Source of the DNA: Candidatus Woesearchaeota archaeon
GTDB taxonomy: Archaea; Nanobdellota; Nanobdellia; Tiddalikarchaeales; Tiddalikarchaeaceae
NCBI GenBank assembly: GCA_964565435.1
Contig: CAZMEY010000001.1
Coordinates: forward strand, 1-46,268
DNA length: 46,268 nucleotides
Direction: 5' to 3'
The position numbers and the translations under genes are program-made. The notes beneath the pieces were generated by a model. That model saw nothing but the letters and a program-made list of their open reading frames with translations. It ran no database searches and had not been told where the DNA came from. Below are positions 18,994-27,736 of this stretch, piece by piece. Within the stretch, counting starts at the first letter, position 1. Each line of letters starts with the position of its first letter.

Positions 18994-19551
18994 TTATTTT
19001 AATAAATCCATCTTTAATTCCTTTAATCCTTGGGCTATTTTTTCTTTAGAAACCTTTGAAGCAAAATATTCAACTAATTTTCCATATTTTTTAATAATCT
19101 TTTCTTTGATTAATTTTTTGCCTTGGGCTGATAAAACATCAAATCTTTCATTATAATCATTGATTTCTTTTTTAAGGGAATCAGCCATGTTTTTTAGCTC
19201 ATTTTCCCAATTAATTTCAATATCTTTTTTGATGGGGTTTAAAGGCATTTTTTTAATGTTTTCCAACTCTTTTTCCGGCAGATTAATGTTTGCATAAGGG
19301 CCTATAGAATAATATATTTTTTGGACTTCGTTGCCCCAAGAGTATTTTCCAACCTCATTTTCAACCTTGAGCAGTATTATTTCTTCTTTTTCTATTCCTT
19401 TTTTTAGATTGTAATAAATAGTCCTTATGTGGATTTTTCCAAATAAATCTTTATATAATTTGAAGATTTCATAGCCATATCCTGTTCCAGTCCTATCAAG
19501 TATTGCAGCAATCCTATTTCTGATAATGCTTCCAACAGGCCTGCCTTTCAT
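18994..19551 (-). CDS. PadR-like winged-helix transcription regulator with coiled-coil C-terminal half
   Basis: GYGYEIFKLYKDLFGKIHIRTIYYNLKKGIEKEEI...QKIYYSIGP follows the PadR wHTH pattern. The C-terminal half is Lys/Glu-rich. Confidence 0.55.
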   Translation of the reverse strand: MKGRPVGSIIRNRIAAILDRTGTGYGYEIFKLYKDLFGKIHIRTIYYNLKKGIEKEEIILLKVENEVGKYSWGNEVQKIYYSIGPYANINLPEKELENIKKMPLNPIKKDIEINWENELKNMADSLKKEINDYNERFDVLSAQGKKLIKEKIIKKYGKLVEYFASKVSKEKIAQGLKELKMDLLK

Positions 19552-19668
19552 GATATTATTTTAGCAATCCATATTTTTATATTTTGTCTATATTGCAAAT
19601 AAATAATCAAAAAATATCATCAGCAACCATTAAAAAATCTTAAAAAACATCAATCAATAATTATTCTA

Positions 19669-22383
19669 ATGGATTATCATTCATTAAGTGTTTCCCAATC
19701 AATCAAGGAATTGGAAACCAATGAAAAAACAGGGCTTAGCCAATCTGAAGCCAAAAACAGGATTGAAAAATATGGGTTAAATGAGCTTGATAAAGGCAAA
19801 AAAATCTCTCCATTTAAGATATTTCTTTCGCAATTCACCAATGTAATGGTTATAATACTAATAATTGGCGCAGCAATCTCCCTTATTATTGGCGAGGAGA
19901 TAGATGCAATAATCATCTTTGTAATATTGTTCTTAAATGCAATTCTTGGTTTTGTGCAGGAATATAAGGCTGAAAATGCCATGAAAGCTTTGATTAATCT
20001 CACAAACCCCCATGCAAGAGTGATTAGGGATTCAAAAGAGCGGGATATCTTAAGCAAGGAGCTTGTGCCAGGAGATATAATAATATTAAACACTGGAGAC
20101 AAGATTCCAGCCAATGCAAGATTGATTAATTCTTTTGAGTTTGAAGTCAATCAAGCCCATTTAACAGGGGAGAGCCAAAGCATTTCAAAGCATACTTATG
20201 AACTGCCCCAAAACACCAATATGCTTGACTGGAATAATATTGCTTTCATGGGCTCAATAGTGACTAACGGAAAGGCAATAGGGGTTGTTATCCAGACAGG
20301 AATGGATACTGAGATTGGAAAAATTGCAAAAAACATCTCCCATATGAAAATGGAAAAAACACCCCTACAGTATGAGATTGATAAATTGGCCAAAACTTTG
20401 GCGGCAATAGTCCTTTCAGCAGTTTCAGTTCTTTTTATTTTAGGATTAATACTCCAAAAAGATTTTTTTGAAATGCTTATGACTAGTGTCAGCCTGGCAG
20501 TTGCAGCAGTGCCAGAAGGCTTGCCTGCAATAATAACTGTAACCTTGGCATTAGGCATGCAGAGAATGGCTAAAAAGAATGCCCTTATCAGGAAGCTTCC
20601 AGCTGTCCAGACATTAGGCAGCGTTACAGTAATCTGCTCTGACAAGACAGGAACCCTGACAAAGAATGAAATGACTTCAAAAAAAATCTTTGATGGCTTA
20701 AAAGAATATAATATAACAGGCACAGGCTATGACGAAAAAGGAGAGATATTATTAAATAATAAAAAAATCATTCCAAAAAATCTTTCAAAGCTCTTTGAAA
20801 TAAGCTGCTTATGCAACAATGCCTATGTAAATTTTGAAAAAAATTCAATAATAGGGGATCCGACAGAGGCAAGCCTAATAGTGATGGCAAAAAAAGCAGG
20901 CTTTGATTATATTAAATTAAAAGAAGAATATGCAGAGGTTGCAGAGGTGAGCTTTGATTCCAAAAGAAAAAGAATGAGCGTAATAGTCAGCAAATCAGGA
21001 AAATATTATATGATGACTAAAGGGGCTCCAGATGTAATGCTTGATAACTGCTCCCAAATATTGATTAATGGAAGGGCAATAAAATTGACTCCTGCAAGAA
21101 AAAAAGAGATTATTCAAAAAAATGAGGGGTTTGCAAGCCAGGCGCTAAGAGTTTTGGGCTTTGGATTTAAGGAAATAAGCGAGAAGAAAAAATATGATTT
21201 CTCAGATGAAAATGATTTGATATTCACAGGGCTTGTCGGCATGATTGACCCTGCAAGGGAAGAGGTAAAAGATGCTATCAAAAAAGCCAAAGAGGCAGGC
21301 ATAAAAGTAAAAGTCCTTACAGGAGACCACATAATAACAGCAAAAGCAATAGCCAAAGAGATAGGCCTAATAGATGATGACTCATTATGCATTTCAAGCG
21401 ATGAGCTTGAAGGATTAAACAAAGAAGAATTCTCAAAAATTGTCAAAAAAGCGGTTGTTTTTGCCAGAATAAGTCCTGAAAATAAGCTAAAAGTTGTCAA
21501 TGAATTAAAAGCTCAAGGCGAGATAATAGCAGTGACTGGCGACGGCGTCAATGATGCTCCAGCGCTTAAAGCCTCACATATAGGTATAGCAATGGGCATA
21601 ACTGGAACAGATGTCACAAAAGAGTCAAGCCAAATGATTTTATTGGATGATAATTTTTCAACAATTGTCAACGCAATAGAAGAGGGCAGGGCAATCTTTG
21701 AAAACATAAAAAAATTTCTTAAATTTTTATTATCTTCAAATGCTGACACAATCATAGAAGTCACAACAATGGTTTTATTAGGCTTTCCTTTGCCTTTTAT
21801 ACCAGTGCATATTCTTTGGATGAACTTAGTTACTGACGGGTTGCCAGCAATAGCTTTAAGCGTTGAAAAGCCGGATGAGTCAGTTATGAAAAAGAAGCCA
21901 AGAGACCCAAAATATTCCCTTATGAGGGAATTGGGATTATTTATCTTGGTTGCAGGAATCATTGATGCTGTAAGCTCAATAATATTATTCATCTATGGCT
22001 TGAATTTTGAGGGTTATTTCATTAATGGAAATGCCTTTGCTCTGACAAAAGCAAGGACTATGGCCATTTCATCTGCAATAATCTATGAATTATTCTTTGT
22101 ATTCAATTGCAGGGATGATGATAAAGGATTTTTCCAAAGAAGCTTTAAAGAAAACTTTTTGTCAAACAAATATCTGACTCTTGCAGTATTGGTCTCATTC
22201 ATTCTGCAACTATGCTTTATCTATGTTCCATTCTTTAATAATGTCTTCCAAACAGTTCCCCTAACATTGTTTGAGCTCTTTTTAGTAATGATTTTTTCAT
22301 CAATAGGGCTTTTAATAATGCCTAAATGGTTCCATAAAGACATAACAGAGGTATTCAAAATAGGCAAAAAAAATAAGCAATAA
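19669..22383 (+). CDS. Cation-transporting P-type ATPase (type II, Ca2+-ATPase-like)
   Basis: 904 aa with TGES, phosphorylation site CSDKTGTLT, KGAPD, the TGDGVNDAPALK hinge, and about 10 TM segments. Confidence 0.9.
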   Translation: MDYHSLSVSQSIKELETNEKTGLSQSEAKNRIEKYGLNELDKGKKISPFKIFLSQFTNVMVIILIIGAAISLIIGEEIDAIIIFVILFLNAILGFVQEYKAENAMKALINLTNPHARVIRDSKERDILSKELVPGDIIILNTGDKIPANARLINSFEFEVNQAHLTGESQSISKHTYELPQNTNMLDWNNIAFMGSIVTNGKAIGVVIQTGMDTEIGKIAKNISHMKMEKTPLQYEIDKLAKTLAAIVLSAVSVLFILGLILQKDFFEMLMTSVSLAVAAVPEGLPAIITVTLALGMQRMAKKNALIRKLPAVQTLGSVTVICSDKTGTLTKNEMTSKKIFDGLKEYNITGTGYDEKGEILLNNKKIIPKNLSKLFEISCLCNNAYVNFEKNSIIGDPTEASLIVMAKKAGFDYIKLKEEYAEVAEVSFDSKRKRMSVIVSKSGKYYMMTKGAPDVMLDNCSQILINGRAIKLTPARKKEIIQKNEGFASQALRVLGFGFKEISEKKKYDFSDENDLIFTGLVGMIDPAREEVKDAIKKAKEAGIKVKVLTGDHIITAKAIAKEIGLIDDDSLCISSDELEGLNKEEFSKIVKKAVVFARISPENKLKVVNELKAQGEIIAVTGDGVNDAPALKASHIGIAMGITGTDVTKESSQMILLDDNFSTIVNAIEEGRAIFENIKKFLKFLLSSNADTIIEVTTMVLLGFPLPFIPVHILWMNLVTDGLPAIALSVEKPDESVMKKKPRDPKYSLMRELGLFILVAGIIDAVSSIILFIYGLNFEGYFINGNAFALTKARTMAISSAIIYELFFVFNCRDDDKGFFQRSFKENFLSNKYLTLAVLVSFILQLCFIYVPFFNNVFQTVPLTLFELFLVMIFSSIGLLIMPKWFHKDITEVFKIGKKNKQ

Positions 22384-22425
22384 TTACAATAAAGCTTTAA
22401 AACGCGCGAATTTTTACCAAAAGCC

Positions 22426-23463
22426 ATGGATTATGATAGTATTATAAAAAAAATAATCAAAGAAAAAGGGGTTTTAAAAGAGATTCTTGAAAATAAGATT
22501 AAAGACAAAATAGCCGAGCTTGATAATCTTGTAAGCCTGGATGGCGCAGCCAACATAATTGCAGGCGAGCTGGGCGTTGACTTAAATGAATCAGATTTGT
22601 CAGAAGAATCCGTCAATATCAAAAGCCTTTTGCCTTCAATGAAGAATGTCAGCGTTATAGGAAAAGTCACTGATATCTATCCAATATCAACTTTCAAAAA
22701 AGAGGGAAAAGACAGCCAAGTTGGCGCTTTGTCAATCAATGACGGAACCGGCTTTGCAAGGGTTGTTTTTTGGAATGATTCAATAAGCATCTTCAAAAAT
22801 ATCAACCAAGGGGATGTGCTAAAAATAATCAATGCATACATTAAAGAAAACAAATTCGGCAAAATAGAGATTCATACAAGCTTCAGAAGCAAGATAAGAA
22901 TCAATCCAGAAGGGGTTTTGGTGCCAAAAGGTGTTCCCGAAACCTCCCAAGCAAAAGAGCCAAGGGAAAAGATTGATTTGGCTGAATTGAAAAAAGATTC
23001 TGAAATAAAAACAAATGGAATAATAGTCCAAATATTCAAAAAAAACTGCTTTTTCACTGTTTGCCCTGAATGCAAAAAATCCGCCAAAGCGGATGATGGA
23101 GTATTCATGTGCAAAGACCATGGACGAGTTGTTCCCGAAAGAAAGCTATTTGTCTCATATATAATTGATGATGGGACAGCAACTGCAAGATGCACAAGCT
23201 TCGGCTTTGACGCTGAGAAAATATTGGGAATGGATACCAAGCAAGCCTGCGAATTGTCAGACACCCATGAAGACAATGCTTACCCTATAGAGCATTCAAT
23301 GAATAAGGTTGTCGGCAAAGAGATAATAATCCTTGGAAAAACCCAATTCAACTCATTTTCAAACGCAGTTGAAATAGTCACAAATAAAATAATTGACAAA
23401 ATAGATTATAATGCAGAATTAAAGGAAATCTATGAAGAAGCAATGTATGCAGATAAAAATTAA
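22426..23463 (+). CDS. rpa: Replication protein A-like ssDNA-binding protein (OB folds plus zinc finger)
   Basis: OB-fold pattern (VSVIGKVTDIYPISTFKKEGKDSQVGALSINDGTGFARVVFWND) and a Cys/His cluster CPECKK...CKDHG. Confidence 0.7.
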   Translation: MDYDSIIKKIIKEKGVLKEILENKIKDKIAELDNLVSLDGAANIIAGELGVDLNESDLSEESVNIKSLLPSMKNVSVIGKVTDIYPISTFKKEGKDSQVGALSINDGTGFARVVFWNDSISIFKNINQGDVLKIINAYIKENKFGKIEIHTSFRSKIRINPEGVLVPKGVPETSQAKEPREKIDLAELKKDSEIKTNGIIVQIFKKNCFFTVCPECKKSAKADDGVFMCKDHGRVVPERKLFVSYIIDDGTATARCTSFGFDAEKILGMDTKQACELSDTHEDNAYPIEHSMNKVVGKEIIILGKTQFNSFSNAVEIVTNKIIDKIDYNAELKEIYEEAMYADKN

Positions 23464-23472
23464 ATCCGATTC

Positions 23473-23748
23473 TTATTTCATTATTTTATCCAATGTGCGG
23501 TTAGCATATTCAAATGGCTTATTGATAAGCTTCATTAAATTATCCCTAACGCTAGGTATCAAAAACGCCCCCAAAAGGAATACTAATAATGCAACATTTA
23601 CAGCCAAAGTTTTCATTTGAGATGAATCAATTGAAACCCCGTCAATCATTTGATTGATTGAGGACTCATTTATTGCGCTAATAAATACTATAACTATAAG
23701 CACCATTCCAGATTTAGAAAGCACTGAAAAAAAATCAAATCCTCCCAT
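23473..23748 (-). CDS. Small membrane protein (91 aa), unknown function
   Basis: Two hydrophobic segments. It fills the gap between rpa and aIF5A. No motif recognised. Confidence 0.4.
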   Translation of the reverse strand: MGGFDFFSVLSKSGMVLIVIVFISAINESSINQMIDGVSIDSSQMKTLAVNVALLVFLLGAFLIPSVRDNLMKLINKPFEYANRTLDKIMK

Positions 23749-23782
23749 AAAATAATAATTGAAGCAATTCTCTTTAAAAATC

Positions 23783-24175
23783 TTACTTTATTTGCCTAAT
23801 GCCCATTACTTCCCAAAAAACAATTTCAGCGCCTTCTTTTACTTTTTTAGCTATCTCAGCATCAGTTGGCATATCAAGCTCAAAAGTCTCGTAAGTATTC
23901 ATATCCATTACCTGAACCTTGCTGCCTGCAATGCTCAATACTTGAGCTGATTTCTTGTCAATTACAGGAGCTTCAACTCTTCCGTGGCCGCTCATTGCAG
24001 AAACCCTTTTCTTGCCGTCAAAAACGCCTTCACCCTCAATCCTGAACTTTGCATGCCCATGCTTTCCAGGAGCGCTTGTTGTAATGCTTTTAACAACGCA
24101 AGGAACGCCATCCATTACAATGTACCTTCCCACCTTTACATCATGCAAGTCAATAGGCTTAACTTCCGAACTCAT
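23783..24175 (-). CDS. eif5a: Translation initiation factor 5A (aIF5A)
   Basis: 130 aa. The hypusination loop SAPGKHGHAKFRIEG is present, along with SH3-like and OB halves. Confidence 0.9.
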   Translation of the reverse strand: MSSEVKPIDLHDVKVGRYIVMDGVPCVVKSITTSAPGKHGHAKFRIEGEGVFDGKKRVSAMSGHGRVEAPVIDKKSAQVLSIAGSKVQVMDMNTYETFELDMPTDAEIAKKVKEGAEIVFWEVMGIRQIK

Positions 24176-24317
24176 AATGAAAAAATATCAACTATCCATT
24201 TAAAAAGTTTATTGATACAAGAAACTAAAAAAGATATTTTAAAATCGCTTATTTTGTATCTTTTTATCCATAGCTAATTCAATAAACTGCGCATTTAAAA
24301 ATATTCATAATAAAAGA

Positions 24318-24588
24318 ATTGAGGGAATTCTCAGCATTTTAGTTCCTTTCTAAAAGCTTATCCAATAATCTTGCTCCGCTTTGCGAACCCATAAACACTT
24401 GCAGTGTTGCCTTATGGCTGCTCCACTCAAGGCCTGGCCCTTTCAGCAGCACCAAAGTCCTATGGGACAAAGTTTCTCAGCTTAATCAATGGGGCTTAAT
24501 AAAAAAGCCTATCAATGCCAAGTTTTCAGCTCCGCCAAGAGACTTGCGGACTGGAGCCCTCGTCAGGGGCTAAGCCTATCCCTCAAAT
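24318..24588 (-). ncRNA. ffs: Signal recognition particle RNA (archaeal 7S/SRP RNA); ends approximate
   Basis: This is a GC-elevated stretch of about 270 nt with no ORF.
- The minus strand reads CAGGCCUUGAGUGGAGCAGCCAUAAGGCA. This has the same length and flanks as the helix-8 motif CAGGUCCGGAAGGAAGCAGCCAAGGCA.
- The 5' UGAGGGA (24579-24585) pairs with the 3' UCCCUCA (24320-24326).
- Two 5' hairpins, AGCCC-CUGACGA-GGGCU and UCCGCAAG-UCU-CUUGGCGGA, resemble Alu-domain helices 3 and 4. Confidence 0.65.
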
Positions 24589-24628
24589 TACTTTTGAGTT
24601 CTTTTTAATTAAAAAACTATCGCAGCCA

Positions 24629-25780
24629 TTAAGGGATTATAATATTTACCTTTTCGCTCTTAGCTTTAGCGCTTTTTGACACAATATTCTTGATTTTTTT
24701 CTTTTCGCAAATCTTTATGGTTTCTTCATCAATTGCCCCATCAATCACGATTGTCTCAACATCCTTTACATCTTTTAGCGCATTGTCAAGCTCTGATAGC
24801 GGAATCTTTGCCAGCACTTCATCATTGATATCCAATAAGTAAGCGCCTTTTGTGCCGAACAAATCATTAAGCATTGACTTGTATTTTGAGGGCTCCTGCC
24901 TTCTTTTAGGCAATTCTTTTTTACCCCTTCCCTGCTTTGACTTGTCAGCTGATTTTGTTTGCTTTAAGTAATCACTCATCTTTATCCTGTTTCTCAAGCA
25001 CTTGAAAATCTCTTTTCCAGCCAATTCCTCAACCTCTTTGCCGTCAGGAGCAAATGCTATAAAATCAACATTTCCTTTGTCAGTCAATTTCTTGGCAATC
25101 ATTTCGCCGCCCCTGTCCCCGTCAACAAACAAGGTTGTAGTCTTTGATTCAAGTATTTGCTTTATTGTGTCAGGGACATTCACTCCATTAATGGCGATTA
25201 CTCCCCTAATATTGTATTTCAAAAGATTCACAACATCAGCCCTTCCCTCAACAATTATTGCCTCTTCAACAGCTTCAATATCCTCTGATGCGGACAATTT
25301 ATCCTTTCCATACTCAATAATGCTGCTTGTCCTGAAATTCTCCTGAACCTTGTCCATTATTTCGTGGCTGTCAGCTGATTCCAAATTAAGCTTTTTTAGC
25401 AAGTTCTGAGCCCTTTCAGTTATCTGGTTCCTTTTATCAAGCCTGACATCTTTAAGGTCTTTAATCTTTATTGTAGAATTGCAAGGCCCAATCTTGTCAA
25501 TAGTCTCCAAAGCAGCAGCAATAACTGCAGTCTCGGTTTTAGCCAAGCTGCTAGGGACAATTATTTCCCCTTGGCTTTTTCCGTTTTTGAATTCAATATT
25601 TACATCGATTCTTCCTATTCTTCCGCTTTTTTGAAGCTCCCTAAGCTCCAACTCATCGCCGAGCAAACCCTCAGTTTGCCCGAATATTGCTCCGACAATG
25701 TCGTTTTTGTTGATTTCTCCCTCAACAACTATGTCGGCAATTATAGTGTATTTTGTTGACACTGGATATATTTTTCCCAT
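24629..25780 (-). CDS. dnaG: Archaeal DnaG primase-like protein (Toprim domain)
   Basis: 383 aa. Conserved N-terminus (YTIIADIVVEGEINKNDIVGAIFGQTEGLLG) and Toprim blocks IIVEGRADVVNL and LFVDGDRGGE. Confidence 0.9.
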   Translation of the reverse strand: MGKIYPVSTKYTIIADIVVEGEINKNDIVGAIFGQTEGLLGDELELRELQKSGRIGRIDVNIEFKNGKSQGEIIVPSSLAKTETAVIAAALETIDKIGPCNSTIKIKDLKDVRLDKRNQITERAQNLLKKLNLESADSHEIMDKVQENFRTSSIIEYGKDKLSASEDIEAVEEAIIVEGRADVVNLLKYNIRGVIAINGVNVPDTIKQILESKTTTLFVDGDRGGEMIAKKLTDKGNVDFIAFAPDGKEVEELAGKEIFKCLRNRIKMSDYLKQTKSADKSKQGRGKKELPKRRQEPSKYKSMLNDLFGTKGAYLLDINDEVLAKIPLSELDNALKDVKDVETIVIDGAIDEETIKICEKKKIKNIVSKSAKAKSEKVNIIIP

Positions 25781-25786
25781 TATTTT

Positions 25787-26152
25787 TCATTCTCCAAATT
25801 CTTTTGTTTTTAAGCCCTCAATGTGGCTTAATTTTAATTTGGCAAGGATTTTTTGATATTTGGGATTGGTTTTTACCCATAAAATCAGCCAGAATCTTAA
25901 TTAAGCCCAGAATATAATTTCTTCCCTTCTTTGTCATTGTCCATTAAGAGTATTACTTCATCATGGCTTTCGGCGATTTTTTCGCTAAAAGAGCATAACT
26001 AGCATTTGCGATAATGAAATGACTTTTTGCACTCCAAGCTTTTTGAGTCTGGCGCAGTCTTTTTCCCCTTCAACTATTACATATTTATCTTTTCTTATAA
26101 TCTCATCAATAAATCCGCTTATTGTTGAAAGTTTGCTGCCCTTCACTAACAC
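25787..26152 (-). pseudogene. Disrupted small Toprim-domain protein gene (COG1658 / RNase M5-like small primase-like protein)
   Basis: The minus-strand translation is split over at least three frames:
- ...GFIDEIIRKDKYVIVEGEKDCARLKKLGVQKVISLSQ... stops at TAG 25985-25987.
- ...EVILLMDNDKEGKKLYSGLN stops at TAA.
- ...KLKLSHIEGLKTKEFGE stops at TGA 25787-25789.
The Toprim Glu (VEGEKD) and DxD (MDNDKEG) blocks are both visible. The last stop lies 6 nt upstream of the dnaG ATG. Confidence 0.6.
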
Positions 26153-26294
26153 AACTCCTCACTGCATGCGAAGTATTCGCGCTCTGATATTGTAACCTTT
26201 GTAAAGGGCGGTAACCTTGCCTAAAGAATAATAGCATTATTATTGCTTAAAAACCTTTTGAATTAATATTTTAAAATAAACTTATATTAATTTG

Positions 26295-27635
26295 CTAAAA
26301 TTCATCCAATTGGGACCTATATAATTCAAAACAGTATATTATGAATGTATGAAAATACCCACTTTTTGTTGTTCTTAATTTATTATAATAAGTTTCTTTT
26401 TCATCACTATAAAATATAATTGGAAAAAATCCATTTTTTATTAATATAAAATTAAAAATTAATCGCGCAAGCCTCCCATTTCCATCGTTAAAAGGGTGTA
26501 TAAACACAAATTGATTATGAAACACAGCTGCCAAAACCAAAGGATTTAATTTATCTTTATTTTCATCATACCATTTAATTAAATTATTCATTCTTTGTTC
26601 TGTAAATTCTGCAGGAGTAGTTGTATCTATTAAAATATTATTACTTCCCACAATACAATTTTCCAATTTTTTATATTGTCCTGCATCTTTATCTATTCCA
26701 TATTGGATAGCGAGATGCATTTTTTTAATAAAATCAATTGTTAATTCATTTGAAGTATTAAATATATTATCAAGTGCCGTTCTTGAATTAATTGTTTCCA
26801 AAACAGCTTTTTTATCTAATTCTGGCGAAGCTCCGCCCAAAGTTATAATTGTTTTAACTTCTTGCATAGTTAATGGATTTCCCTCAATTCTATCTGTATT
26901 ATAAATATATCTTAATTTCCACTCATTTATTTTTGTAGTAATATCAAAAGGATTATTAAATTCTTTTAACTTATTTTCTGTTAATTTTTTTGTTATTATT
27001 AAAAAAGGAAAATCAATGTTTTTTATTTTGTCTAATATGAAATCTTTATTTTCTAAAAAAGCTTGTATATTTTTTAGTTTTAATTCTTTTTGACTTTCAT
27101 TATTAGAAGGAATATTAGTATTAGGCATATTTGAATAAAATTTTTTTATAGCATGCTTAAATTCTTCTTCATCAAATTTTAAGGAAATATCAAAAAAATG
27201 TAATAATCTTTGAGTGGTTTCTTCCCAACATGAAATAAAATAATCATTATTATAAGGGTGTATTATTTTTGTGTTGCTTGCTATATTTTTTATTAATTTA
27301 AGAGAATTTTGGGGTAATTTAGTTTTTTTAATAATAGGTTCAGCACTAAACTTTTCAAGCACTTTTTGAGCATGATGAGTAAACAATATTTCTGCTTTTT
27401 TACCAATTATTTTTGTTATAAATATAATATCTTGAACTTTTAAATTATTAGAATTAAGATTATATTCTCCTTTTTTTGGTGATTTTTCAATATAATTTTT
27501 GGATATAAGTTTTTTTAAATATGGATAAATTCCCTCAACAAATTTAAGATTTAAAAAAGTTGAAAGCTCAGTTGGAGTAAAACTATCTTTTTCATTTAAA
27601 CACATGTTTATTAATATTTTTATTTCTTTTTCCAT
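26295..27635 (-). CDS. Fic-family protein (putative AMPylase) with N-terminal wHTH and an inhibitory-helix motif
   Basis: Fic active-site motif HPFNDGNGRLARL near the C-terminus. An upstream TDRIEGN matches the [ST]xxxE[GN] inhibitory motif. The N-terminus is wHTH-like (FTPTELSTFLNLKFVEGIYPYLKKLISKNYIEK). The gene is visibly more AT-rich than its neighbours. Confidence 0.85.
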   Translation of the reverse strand: MEKEIKILINMCLNEKDSFTPTELSTFLNLKFVEGIYPYLKKLISKNYIEKSPKKGEYNLNSNNLKVQDIIFITKIIGKKAEILFTHHAQKVLEKFSAEPIIKKTKLPQNSLKLIKNIASNTKIIHPYNNDYFISCWEETTQRLLHFFDISLKFDEEEFKHAIKKFYSNMPNTNIPSNNESQKELKLKNIQAFLENKDFILDKIKNIDFPFLIITKKLTENKLKEFNNPFDITTKINEWKLRYIYNTDRIEGNPLTMQEVKTIITLGGASPELDKKAVLETINSRTALDNIFNTSNELTIDFIKKMHLAIQYGIDKDAGQYKKLENCIVGSNNILIDTTTPAEFTEQRMNNLIKWYDENKDKLNPLVLAAVFHNQFVFIHPFNDGNGRLARLIFNFILIKNGFFPIIFYSDEKETYYNKLRTTKSGYFHTFIIYCFELYRSQLDEF

Positions 27636-27639
27636 AATT

Positions 27640-27662
27640 AATAGTTAATATTATTAACTATT
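27640..27662. promoter_or_regulatory. Perfect 23-bp palindrome (11-bp arms) aatagttaata-t-tattaactatt, candidate operator of the Fic gene
   Basis: It is self-complementary over all 11 arm positions. It lies 5 bp upstream of the Fic ATG (27635), and a TATA-like cttataaa sits just upstream on the minus strand (27661-27668). Confidence 0.45.
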
Positions 27663-27736
27663 TATAAGTATTTCTATATTTATTTTATTATTTAATAATA
27701 TTTTTAATAAAAAATATTTAAAATTAATAATTTTTA

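Noticed and set aside
19677-21992. A series of long minus-strand ORFs (19677-20150, 20196-20723, 21114-21500, 21513-21992) antisense to the P-type ATPase. Similar shadow ORFs lie inside PolD DP2 (e.g. 8190-8615, 9267-9515), ValRS, MetRS, aRF1 and GlyRS.
   Set aside because: Each lies wholly inside a strongly supported CDS on the other strand. Their translations are low-complexity (Ser/Leu/Ile/Phe-rich) with no motifs. They are typical antisense open frames in AT-rich, codon-biased genes.
26153-26294. Residual non-coding stretch between the Toprim remnant and the Fic stop, with a gtaacc...gtaacc direct repeat and an aataat-agc-attatt hairpin. I considered it as a mobile-element end or a small RNA.
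   Set aside because: The repeats are short (6 bp) and AT-rich, with no matching partner on the other side of the Fic gene. The evidence is insufficient for an element boundary or an RNA gene.
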